64,000 bases of DNA from the NCBI GenBank assembly GCA_965225955.1, contig CBDDBX010000009.1:68880-132879 (forward strand), written 5' to 3'. The position numbers and the translations under genes were made by a program. Below the pieces are notes generated by a model that made no database searches, had not been told where the DNA came from, and worked only from the letters and a program-made list of their open reading frames with translations. This stretch comes from Candidatus Aminicenantia bacterium. GTDB lineage: Bacteria; Acidobacteriota; Aminicenantia; UBA2199. The stretch's first letter is position 1; each line of letters starts with the position of its first letter. Of the stretch, positions 47,797 through 57,022 are shown piece after piece.

Positions 47797-49062
47797 TTGT
47801 TTGTGACTGTTTGCAGTTCGGAATATTACTGGGTGTTTTTAAAACCTTATGTTAAGGTGTTTCGCAATAATGATAGGGCACTACTGTATAATACCAGCAA
47901 CGGGGATCGACTGATTGTTGAAAGACCAGATCAGCTGAATGGTATAGATGAATTGAACAGAGACAGAAGCAGGCCTGTTTTAAAAGAATCCGGCGAACTT
48001 AATGTTTCAGATACAGACTCTTTAATAGAAGAACTAAAAAGCAGAGGTATGCTTGAAGTTCTTCAGGTTGCAGAAAACAGAAGCCCGTTGATAATAGGTG
48101 CTCCCATTGAGAAGGGAAGAGTAGGGCACGATGGTGAATTGATAGCTTCCGGGCTTCTGAATCATCTTAAAAAACTGAATATAAACATATATTCAGAAGC
48201 AGGTGTGTTTCCACAATCATTCAGGGAAGCGGGGAAACAGTTCCCTTTTTTTGAACATACTGAACATGGAGTTGCAGAAATAGAAACCTCTTTGCTGGAA
48301 AAGATATTCTGTGAGTTAAAGGGAAGAGGGGTATCTGAACTGTCTGTTTTCACTACTTCCCTTGGTAGACACAGGGATTTTGATATTATTACAGAGATGG
48401 CAGGAGATTATAGTGAGGATATTGTGTTCAATATACCTGCAACTGACCTTAGTCGTCAGCTGGAGAGCATAGGAAAGATTAATATTTACAGTAATATTTC
48501 TGTAAAAATACACTTTGCCTCTTCTATTCCTGAAACAGAACTTGATGCAGCACTTAAAGGTTTGAGATTGTCCTGGATACCTTTTGAGTTCAATTTTATT
48601 GTAAAAGGGGAGGAGGATCTTGACTACTATTCAGATCTTATTGAAGAGTTCAGCCCTGAATCTTACTGGATGCAGCCTTTTTTTGATGGAGGTAATCTGG
48701 GATTCTTCAAAGATAATGTGGTTGTTAAAAGTGCTGGATTTGAGAGAATAAGAAGCAGTGAAGATATATTTACTAATTCAATATTTAATACTGAAAATTA
48801 CGGAAGTCTGACAGTGTCCACCGATGGCAGAGTGTATGGTAGTATGAATAAATCCTCTATCGGAGAGCTTACCCACTCCTCTCTTTTTGAAATAATCTAT
48901 AAAGAGTTGAGAGAAGGGAACTCCTGGGGAGATGTGCGAACTAAACTGGAGTTTTGTAAAGACTGTGTGTATAACAGAATCTGCCCCCCGATTAAAGGTT
49001 ATGAGCATGTAATAGGTACAGAACATGTATGTATGCTCAATGATAACCCCGAGAGTAGCTGA
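47797..49062 (+). CDS. Radical-SAM-like protein lacking the CxxxCxxC cluster but retaining a C-terminal SPASM/twitch-like Cys motif ('pseudo-rSAM'-like)
   Basis: N-terminal 'YWVFLKPYVKVFRNNDRALLYNTSNGDRL', typical of SPASM-family peptide maturases. No CxxxCxxC anywhere in the protein. C-terminal 'CKDCVYNRICPP...C'. Start uncertain (TTG at 47797 or GTG at 47803). Confidence 0.4.
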   Translation: MFVTVCSSEYYWVFLKPYVKVFRNNDRALLYNTSNGDRLIVERPDQLNGIDELNRDRSRPVLKESGELNVSDTDSLIEELKSRGMLEVLQVAENRSPLIIGAPIEKGRVGHDGELIASGLLNHLKKLNINIYSEAGVFPQSFREAGKQFPFFEHTEHGVAEIETSLLEKIFCELKGRGVSELSVFTTSLGRHRDFDIITEMAGDYSEDIVFNIPATDLSRQLESIGKINIYSNISVKIHFASSIPETELDAALKGLRLSWIPFEFNFIVKGEEDLDYYSDLIEEFSPESYWMQPFFDGGNLGFFKDNVVVKSAGFERIRSSEDIFTNSIFNTENYGSLTVSTDGRVYGSMNKSSIGELTHSSLFEIIYKELREGNSWGDVRTKLEFCKDCVYNRICPPIKGYEHVIGTEHVCMLNDNPESS

Positions 49063-49079
49063 AAAAGGAAGGTGCTATA

Positions 49080-49535
49080 ATGGAATCTATATATCATCAG
49101 GTCATAATTGATGCGGACGAAAAGGTGGTTTTGAAAGCAATTACTTCAACAGAAGGAGTCGCAGGCTGGTGGATTGCTGAATGTAAAATCGGAGAAAAAA
49201 CTGGCGAGGAAAATGTATTCTATTACAATAATGAACCTTCACTGAAGATGAGAATAAACAGGCTTGAAGAAACCGGAGTGGAATGGGAGTGTGTAAAAGG
49301 GCCGGAAGAGTGGATGGGAACAAAAATAGTGTTCAGTTTCACTGTATATAATAGCTATATAAAGCTCGATTTCAGGCATACAGGGTGGAAAGAGCAGTCT
49401 GAATTTTTTGGAACCTGCAGTTATCACTGGGCAAGACACATGAGAATGTTAAGAGCTCTCTGTGAAACTGGTGAGAATCAGGTGAAACCTGAAGTAGAGA
49501 AAAATGAGATCCAGAGGGTAGCTGGAATCCGATAA
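49080..49535 (+). CDS. SRPBCC-superfamily protein (AHSA1/polyketide-cyclase-like fold)
   Basis: 151 aa with a 'VVLKAITSTEGVAGWW' N-terminus, typical of Aha1-like SRPBCC proteins. Confidence 0.6.
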   Translation: MESIYHQVIIDADEKVVLKAITSTEGVAGWWIAECKIGEKTGEENVFYYNNEPSLKMRINRLEETGVEWECVKGPEEWMGTKIVFSFTVYNSYIKLDFRHTGWKEQSEFFGTCSYHWARHMRMLRALCETGENQVKPEVEKNEIQRVAGIR

Positions 49536-50040
49536 AATTTTAATCCATTTTTTTTATCCAATATTCCACCTTTTTGGAGTATATGGTTTATTGCAGTTTT
49601 ACTGCATTTAAATTTCTGTTGTATTCGGACTTTCTTTAAGAACTGAGAGTACAGCTTTGAGCTGTAACCGGGCTTGAACGCAGGGGTTTGTTCCCGGATT
49701 ATACAGAACTTTACAGGAATAATTGGGCAGGAGCGCAATGAAGGCCAGGGAGACAGCAGGTACTGTTCAGCCTGCTTTTCCGGTCTTTCACTTTTCCAGA
49801 GATGATAAATTGTACTCTTTAGTTTAATCGGTAAAAATACTAAAGGAGATAGTAACAGGCGGATCTGGTAATGAAAGAAAACTCTCTATCTTTATGGGGA
49901 GAAGAACTATAAAAGAGGAAATGCTTTCTGTAGTAATTACTATCGATACAGTTTCACTAAAGAGAACAGATTTTTCCGGTGCCTACCTGAGAGCTGGAAC
50001 TGGTTTAAGATTCTGATTTAACTAATTATTCGATATAGGA

Positions 50041-50070
50041 GAGCACCGGATTTCCGGTGCTCTTATTGTT
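50041..50070 (+). terminator. Hairpin, possible terminator
   Basis: gagcaccgg-attt-ccggtgctc followed by TTATTGTT. Confidence 0.4.
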
Positions 50071-50075
50071 AACTT

Positions 50076-50329
50076 CGTTACGTCATTCAGTGGGAAGTAT
50101 AAGGAGACAGCTGCGTTCCTCTGAATAAGAGAACACAGTGCGTTGCCCATCTTTGCGAAGCAATGCTTCCCGCTTCGCTTCAGCATTGGCAAAGACCCAT
50201 CTCACCTATATTTTCATTCCTTCGCTTCGCTACGTCATTCAGTGGGAAGTATAAGGAGACAGCTGCGTTCCTCGCTGCACCCATCTCACCTATATTTTCA
50301 TTCCTTCGCTTCGCTACGTCATTCAGTGG
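50076..50329. repeat. Cluster of tandem/degenerate direct repeats (period about 84 bp; 2 full-ish copies plus a 45-bp partial copy)
   Basis: 'cccatctcacctatattttcattccttcgcttcgctacgtcattcagtgg' occurs at 50196 and 50280. 'cg(c/t)tacgtcattcagtgggaagtataaggagacagctgcgttcct' occurs at 50076 and 50228. The last copy supplies the final codons of dcp. Confidence 0.8.
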
Positions 50330-52479
50330 TGAGACCACGTTTTTTCATGAGGCCTTCAATTTTTGGTTCTCTGCCACGGAAAGCTTTATACATTTCCATC
50401 TCATCCATCTTGCCACCCATTGAAAGGATGTTGTTTCTAAAGGATTCTGCAGTTTTTTTGTCAAAGAGTGATGTCTCTTTAAATGCTTCAAATGCATCAC
50501 AGTCAAGAACTTCTGCCCAGATATATGCATGGTAACCGCAGTCGTAACCACCAATAATGTGCTGGAAGTATGTGCTTCTGTATCTGGAGATAACTTCAGG
50601 AATAAGGCCGATTTTTTTGAAATAATCTGCTTCAAACTTAGCTGTATCAACCTCTTTCTCTTCTGTAATTGTGTGATAGTTCATGTCAAGAAGTGATGCT
50701 GCCAGATATTCAACTGTAGCAAAGCCCTGGTTGAAGTGGCTGCTTTTTTCAAGTTTTTTAATAAGTGAATCGGGAATTGGTTTACCGGTTTTGTAGTGTT
50801 TTGCATAAACCTTAAGAACTTCAGGTTCTGCACACCAGTGTTCCATGATCTGTGATGGAAGCTCTACAAAATCTCTTGATGTTCTTGAAACACCAGGATA
50901 GTTACACTTATTAAAGAGTCCGTGAAGAGCGTGACCAAATTCGTGGAAAAGGGTTGTTGCTTCATCAAAACTCAGAAGTGCAGGTTTATCTCCTGATGGA
51001 GGAGTAAAGTTACATACATTGTAGATAACCGGAGTTTTCAGTTTACCTTCAATATTTGAGTAGCCTCTCAGACCACCGCACCATGCGCCGCCTCTTTTAC
51101 TGTTTCTGTAGAAATAATCAGTGTATAGAATACCGAGGTGTGAACCATCAGCTTCCTGAACTTCAAATACTTTTGCATCTTTATGGAAAACAGGAATATC
51201 TTTTCTTTCGATAAATTTGAGACCGTACAACTTAGTTGCTACATAGAAAGCTCCTTCACGTACGTTATCTACATCGAAATATGGTCTGAGTTCTTTCTCA
51301 TCCAGGTTGTATCTGGCTTTACGCAGCTTTTCTGCATAATACCACCAGTCCCAGGATTCAAGTTTCTCCTTTTTTACCCTCTTTATCCATAAGCTCCTGC
51401 ATGGCAGCGCGCTCTTTTTTTGCCATATTCAGAGCAGGAGTCCATAGTTTGTTGAGAAGTTTATAAACATTTGCAGGCTCTTTGGACATATTTATTTCCA
51501 GTCTGAAGTCTGCGTGTGTTTTATATCCCATTATTCTGGCTTTCTTTAATCTTAACAGAGCAATTCTTGCAATAATTTTCTTATTGTCATACTTGTCATT
51601 ATTGTTACATCTGTTGATATAGCCTTTATATAATTTTTCTCTGAGTTCTCTTTTGGGAGAGTACTGAAGGAATGGAATCCAGCTTGGTTTATGAAGTGTA
51701 AAAAGCCATTTGCCTTCCTGACCATCTTTTTTTGCAGCAGCAGCAGCGGTTTTTACAAGTGTTGCAGGAAGACCTTCCAGATCTTCTTTCTTATCGATGA
51801 AAAGTTTGAAACCGTTGGTGTCGTGGAGGAGGTTCTTTCTGAATTTAAGAGCCAGTACAGCCATCTCTTCGTTGATTGCTTTGATCTTTGCCTTCTCTTC
51901 AGGTTTCAGTTTTGCTCCACTTCTCACAAAACCTCTCCAGGTGTCAGTAAGAAGAGTCATCTCTTCAGAAGTAAGTTTCAGGTTATCCTTTTTTGCATAG
52001 AGAGTGTCAATTCTTTTGAAAAGCTCTGCATTGAGATTAACGAAATTACGATATTTACTGAGCATTGGTGTGATTTTGTCAGAAAGTTTCTGAAGTCCGG
52101 GAGTTGTATCGGCTCCATTCAGATGAAAGAATACAGCAGATACTTTACCAAGAAGTTCTCCATTTTTCTGCATCGCTACAATTGTATTGGCAAAAGTTGG
52201 TTCTTCTTTATTGTTGATAATAGCAAGAATTCCATCTTTTGCTTCTTTCAGGCCCTTTTCAAATGCCGGCATATAGTGCTCTTCTTTTATGAGCTTGAAT
52301 GGGGGCACTTTAAAAGGAGTGTTGTACTCTTTAAAGAATGGGTTCTCAGCTGTTACCGGAGCTTTTTCTGATGCAGGTTTAACCTCCTTCTTATCAGACC
52401 CGCTATTACATCCGGTGAAAATCAGCATTGAGAAAAATAGTATCCAGGACAGATTTTTAACAAAAGCTATTTTTTTCAT
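50319..52479 (-). pseudogene. dcp: M3-family peptidyl-dipeptidase (Dcp/oligopeptidase A-like) lipoprotein, interrupted by a single -1 frameshift near 51353-51364
   Basis: N-terminal part 51358-52479 has lipobox 'FTGC'. C-terminal part 50319-51230 carries HEFGH. Re-reading the junction in the +1 frame gives the contiguous ...GKKGET/LESWDWWYYAEKL..., the conserved M3 sequence. This is either a sequencing error or a recent pseudogene. Confidence 0.7.
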
Positions 52480-52550
52480 TATCCAAATACGTGAATTTAC
52501 ATACTTTTGTTTATGCAATATCTGATGGAAAATGAAAAATTTTTATTAAT

Positions 52551-52961
52551 TCAGTCTTTTTTTCCACCTTCCAGCAGGCATTTGTCACCTTCTTTGGTAA
52601 GTGTACATCTGTAGCTGCTGTAAGAGAGCCATAAAAGAATGATTGCAATGAGTGCGGGGGTGAATTTATTATCTGCAGCATATATGTGTGCAATAAGTGC
52701 CAGAAGAAAATTGAAAAAGAATCCTGAGTAGGCCAGATGTTTAAGAAAAAATGATCTGTTGCTCCATATAGCAATAAGTCCCAGGAGTTTGGCTATTGCA
52801 AGGGGATATATGATATATAAAGGAAATCCAAGGGCTTCAAATGAGGGTGCTGCAGTTTCCTCAAATTTGAAAAAATATATGTAGACTGAAGAGATCATCA
52901 TTATTGTAAGAAGTCCTGTTGAGAAAAAATATATAATCTTTGATCTGTTGTCTTTTAACAT
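52551..52961 (-). CDS. DoxX-like small membrane protein
   Basis: 136 aa, 4 TM, hydrophobic composition similar to the DoxX/SURF4 family. Confidence 0.4.
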   Translation of the reverse strand: MLKDNRSKIIYFFSTGLLTIMMISSVYIYFFKFEETAAPSFEALGFPLYIIYPLAIAKLLGLIAIWSNRSFFLKHLAYSGFFFNFLLALIAHIYAADNKFTPALIAIILLWLSYSSYRCTLTKEGDKCLLEGGKKD

Positions 52962-53893
52962 ATCTCCTCCTTAAAATTAATCTATAGTTAAAATATTGTA
53001 TTCAGGAGCTGATTTTTCAAGCGTCTGCTGGTGTTGGAAGTAAGATAGATTGTGATGTTGATGTGAATAGTGTTGATGTTAAAGTTGGTCGGAAGTAACT
53101 GGCAGCAGGTATGGGTTTTAGTTTTTTTAATTCAGGTGTTGATTTTTTATCAGGTCTGAACTAAAATAGAGTTGGGTTAGTTTTTAAAACATAAATATTG
53201 ATGATTTGGTAAACTGAGAGATCTGAATTGTTGAATTTGTTTTAATGGTGTTGCGTTTAGCTCATACCGGATAAACTGTTGAATGCAAACAATTGGGAAA
53301 ACATTGTTCAACCTGATGTGAATCAACCTCTCTTTCTATTTTCATCAACAAATTTATAAAAAGTTTTAAAAGCGAGGTATTTATGGGGCCGAAGGTCATT
53401 TTTAGCTACAAACCTGTATGGTTAATTCCAGATCCCTATTCTTCTTTTTTCGAAAATTTCATGATACTTCCTTTAAAAAACAGGGAGGTTTCTGCTCATA
53501 TATACATAAAATTCAGTAGCAGTTAGCTTATTTAAAAATTTTTAATGCCAGCCTTGATAGTCATAGGGACAGGTCTGTTCAGAAAACAGCCTGTAATTTT
53601 CTGCTGTAACTCTTTCAGGCAGGCAGATATGAAGAAATTATATTGCAGATATTGCTCTGCATGCGTTTTAGATAGTAGTGTTTATGTTTTAAACATAACC
53701 CAAACAAGGTGACTTCTCCGGATTCACCGGTATGAATCCGGGGAGGTTGCCCGGGTATGATGTAGTCAGTTTTTTAATAAAATAACGGGCTTTATCCGTC
53801 AATCGAAGCAGAAAGGATCCGGTTATTATTCTCCTGATTGCTGAACAGCCCCCTCAGTTCAGCACTATTTGGGGGCGGGTCCTGCTAATCCGG

Positions 53894-53925
53894 CCTTCCT
53901 GCCTTTTTGAGGCAGGAAGGTTTTT
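53894..53925 (+). terminator. Strong + strand intrinsic terminator ending a non-coding region (candidate sRNA 3' end)
   Basis: ccttcctgcc-tttttga-ggcaggaagg hairpin followed by TTTTT on the + strand only. It abuts the stop codon of the minus-strand C69 gene. Confidence 0.6.
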
Positions 53926-55563
53926 CTATAACTCCCGTTCGCCGTCTCTTAATTGTTTAATGCGATGTTTTCTGCCTTTTTTTCTGATCTCTTTTTTGAG
54001 CCATTTTACCGGGTATCCTACCTCTTCCGGTCGGTGTTTCTGGTTCTGAATATAACCGTCATTGTATTTTGTAATAAGATGTGTTCCCAGTTCTCTCCAG
54101 CGATTTACAACTGAAGTTGCATTCTCTCCACAATATTTTGTCATAAATTTACTTACAAGCTCGGGTTTTCTTTTAAGAAGATCTTTCGCAGCTATCTCAA
54201 TTGATGGCTGAAGATCAAACTCAATGTCTTCAAGTTCCTGCTGAACCTTCTTAATATCTTTTATCATATAGCTGTATCTTAAATTTGCGTAGTTCGCCAC
54301 AAAATTAAAAACCCACCATGCAGATTTATCTGAGTATTTTCTGAGTGTTCCTGTAGAGTATGCAGGTGGCATTTTCGTAATTGATGAGTAGAAAGGGACA
54401 AAAACAGATGTATATGGTGTATCTATACCGTACCAGTATATACCTCCAATTTCATCCGGCAGATCTGACCTTGATTCTGATACAAAAACGAAGGCTGCCT
54501 GTTGTGTTGAAATTGGTCTCTCCCATGCATAGATTTTTTTATCAACCTTCCATTTCATAGGTCTCCATCTGTCAGGACTTCCAAAAGGTCCTGCAACAAC
54601 ATCTTTTGTCATATCAAATTCTGTGCCTTCATAGTGATCTCTATGTAGTGCAATAACATCCCTGATATCAAGCTTTTTATCTGGTTTTATGCATAGAGGG
54701 TAAGGCTTTGTTCCTTTCCTGTTTGAACTGTAATCCGGGGAGAAGCCTGCAGAAGGTTTAACTCTCCTGAATATGCTCCATATTCTTCTGGAGGAGTATC
54801 TTACCTGCTCATCAGTAGGCGGATTGTAGGCTTCAGAAAAACTGAATGGTTTACCACTTTTCGGATTGTAATAGCCCTTTTCTATTGCAAACTTTATTAC
54901 GTTTTCTGAATAGACTGCTTTATCAGGATTGTTAAGGGGAAATTCCCTTATACGTGACATATTGGCTGTAGCACAGATTTCACCTTCAGGTATTCTTACA
55001 GCAACCCAGTTTGCTCCTTTTCCTCCCGGCCCGGGACCTACTATTTCAAGAAGCCAGGCTTCTTCTTTATCTGCAATTGAAATAGATTCCCCGCTGCTTC
55101 TGTATCCATATTTCTCTACAAGATCTCCAATGACCTTTATAGCTTCTCTAGCGGTTTTTGCTCTTTGAAGAGTTATCATCATGAGGGGATAGTAGTGAAA
55201 CATTCCTTCAGGATTGATCAGCTCTTTACGGCCATCAAAAGTTGTTTCACCGATAGCAAGCTGGTGCTCATTCATATGCCCCACAACACGGTAAGTATAA
55301 GGAACCTGCGGGATCTTTCCTACAATTCCACTCCAGCTTTTTATAACATGCATTTCACCAGGTTTATAGTGTGCTGCAGGAATTATTTTAGGATAAGTAT
55401 GAAATTCACCATCACAGGAATAGCTGATCATTGGTGCGCCTTTTTTTGATGCTCCTTTGGAAACCAGTATTGAGGTGCAGGCATTTATATAGTTATATAT
55501 ACTTACCGACAGTATCAGTGTTAACTGTAAAGTTATTATTGTTAAGGCTTTCAAGATTTTCAT
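53926..55563 (-). CDS. C69-family dipeptidase (Ntn-hydrolase with an N-terminal Cys nucleophile)
   Basis: Signal peptide followed by 'NACTSILVSK' (Cys at the mature N-terminus). 545 aa. Confidence 0.65.
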   Translation of the reverse strand: MKILKALTIITLQLTLILSVSIYNYINACTSILVSKGASKKGAPMISYSCDGEFHTYPKIIPAAHYKPGEMHVIKSWSGIVGKIPQVPYTYRVVGHMNEHQLAIGETTFDGRKELINPEGMFHYYPLMMITLQRAKTAREAIKVIGDLVEKYGYRSSGESISIADKEEAWLLEIVGPGPGGKGANWVAVRIPEGEICATANMSRIREFPLNNPDKAVYSENVIKFAIEKGYYNPKSGKPFSFSEAYNPPTDEQVRYSSRRIWSIFRRVKPSAGFSPDYSSNRKGTKPYPLCIKPDKKLDIRDVIALHRDHYEGTEFDMTKDVVAGPFGSPDRWRPMKWKVDKKIYAWERPISTQQAAFVFVSESRSDLPDEIGGIYWYGIDTPYTSVFVPFYSSITKMPPAYSTGTLRKYSDKSAWWVFNFVANYANLRYSYMIKDIKKVQQELEDIEFDLQPSIEIAAKDLLKRKPELVSKFMTKYCGENATSVVNRWRELGTHLITKYNDGYIQNQKHRPEEVGYPVKWLKKEIRKKGRKHRIKQLRDGEREL

Positions 55564-55689
55564 TTTCTCCTCCCTGAATCTTTTTACTCAGTTAATACGG
55601 AAGATTTTTTCTGTGAGTTCAAATAATTGAAATAAAAAAAACTGATGTCATCCAAAAAGAACTTAGCATTGTTAATTGAGTTGTTGGCA

Positions 55690-56256
55690 ATGGAAAGAAA
55701 TATCGATCTTATAGTAACTGATGCTCAGAAGGGATGTCCGGAAGCGATGGAAGAGATTTTTGAACTCTACAGAGAAAAACTCTACAGACTTACTATGGGT
55801 ATGACAGGAAACAGAGAGGATGCAGAGGATCTTCTCCAGGAGATCTTTACAAAAATTTTTGTATCACTTCATGGTTTTAAGGTTAAACCTGGTGGTGGAT
55901 TTACTACCTGGGTGTTGAGAGTAGGTACCAACCACTCTATAAGTTATGTAAAAAAGCACAGGGGGTATGGTAGAGATGAGTGTGAGCTTAAAGATGAGTT
56001 TATGGCAGATACCTCTTCTCCACCAGATAATGTAGAGAAGGCGGAGATTGGTACCATTGTTCTTAAGAAACTTGGGAACCTGTCCCCAAAACAGAGAGCG
56101 GTTATTATTCACAGATATTATAACGGTTTGACAATAAGAGAGATTGGCGGGGCCATGAAATGTCATGAAGGAAGCGTAAAAAGACATTTGTACAGAGGAC
56201 TTGATAAATTAAGGAGGCTTCTGGGCATGTCTGAAGAGGTTGGAAATGAAGTGTAG
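55690..56256 (+). CDS. ECF-subfamily sigma-70 factor
   Basis: Region 2 'LLQEIFTKIF...TWVLRVGTN'. Region 4 'LSPKQRAVIIHRYYNGLTIREIG'. Confidence 0.8.
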   Translation: MERNIDLIVTDAQKGCPEAMEEIFELYREKLYRLTMGMTGNREDAEDLLQEIFTKIFVSLHGFKVKPGGGFTTWVLRVGTNHSISYVKKHRGYGRDECELKDEFMADTSSPPDNVEKAEIGTIVLKKLGNLSPKQRAVIIHRYYNGLTIREIGGAMKCHEGSVKRHLYRGLDKLRRLLGMSEEVGNEV

Positions 56257-57022
56257 AAAAGTTTTGGAGAACTCATCTTATCTATTTTCAGATACAGTTG
56301 ATGTTAGTGATTCTGCAGCTCTTGAAAAACACCTTGCAAACTGCAGCAGATGTACAGAAAAGTATGAGGATTTTAAAAGAATTGCCGGATCAATAGAGAG
56401 TGAAGCGGTTAATCTGGAAGAACCTGACTGGAATCGGACTTACAGTAGAGCAATAAGGAATAGTCTGAGACAGAAACAGCAAAAAAATGGAAGTACGAGT
56501 AGGTTTCTCAAACCAGCTCTGACTATTATCATGATGTTGATGGTTTTCTCCATAGGACTGTTTTTTAATGACCTTTTTACTATTAGTAACAATCCGGTTT
56601 ACAGAAAATCTGTAGATTCTCTTCCGGTTGTAGCAATTCTTGATAACCTGGAAAAAAGCAGAATGGTATTACTGGAGTATATTAATATGGATCAGGAAGG
56701 TTCGCCTGAAAGAGGATGGGGCAGTAATAATATAAAACTGGCGAAAAGAGTTCTGATTAAAAACAGACAACTTAGTCAAAGATATAGAAAGCTCATGTCT
56801 GAGCAGCTTCTTGTACTTATGGAAGACCTGGAGATGCTCTTTATGGAGATTAAAAATCTTGACGAAGAGATTGACAGTAAATTCTATATTGAGAAGTTAA
56901 TGAAAAGCAGAAGAATTCTGCTTAAGATTGAACGTATCTTTTTAAACAGCCGCAAAGACAGTGGAGGAAAGAATGCTTTTGGTAAAGATAAGGTATTTGT
57001 TGGTTCTGATTGCTCTCTGTAG
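56240..57022 (+). CDS. Zinc-finger anti-sigma factor with a single TM helix
   Basis: 'HLANCSRCTEKYEDF' (HxxxCxxC) motif. TM helix 'ALTIIMMLMVFSIGLFF'. Overlaps the sigma-factor stop. Confidence 0.65.
   Translation: MEMKCRKVLENSSYLFSDTVDVSDSAALEKHLANCSRCTEKYEDFKRIAGSIESEAVNLEEPDWNRTYSRAIRNSLRQKQQKNGSTSRFLKPALTIIMMLMVFSIGLFFNDLFTISNNPVYRKSVDSLPVVAILDNLEKSRMVLLEYINMDQEGSPERGWGSNNIKLAKRVLIKNRQLSQRYRKLMSEQLLVLMEDLEMLFMEIKNLDEEIDSKFYIEKLMKSRRILLKIERIFLNSRKDSGGKNAFGKDKVFVGSDCSL

Noticed and set aside
49975-50035. TPP-riboswitch-like fragments ('ggtgcc...ctgagag...acc')
   Set aside because: Only two short pieces of the consensus are present, the pyrimidine-sensing helix is missing, and no downstream + strand gene exists. 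Most likely chance.
50076-50329. Possible CRISPR array suggested by the repeated sequence
   Set aside because: The repeats are long (45-84 bp) and irregular, overlap a gene end, and have no unique spacers of uniform length. There are no cas genes in the window.
50143-50535. + strand ORFs 50143-50535 and 50163-50423
   Set aside because: They are generated by the tandem repeats (repetitive translated sequence 'PSHLYFHSFASLRHSV' twice) and overlap the dcp 3' end. They are not genuine genes.
51691-52371. 226-aa + strand ORF and others (51797-52000, 52289-52525)
   Set aside because: They lie antisense within the dcp N-terminal coding region. Their Cys/Phe/Ser-rich composition is typical of reverse-strand shadows.
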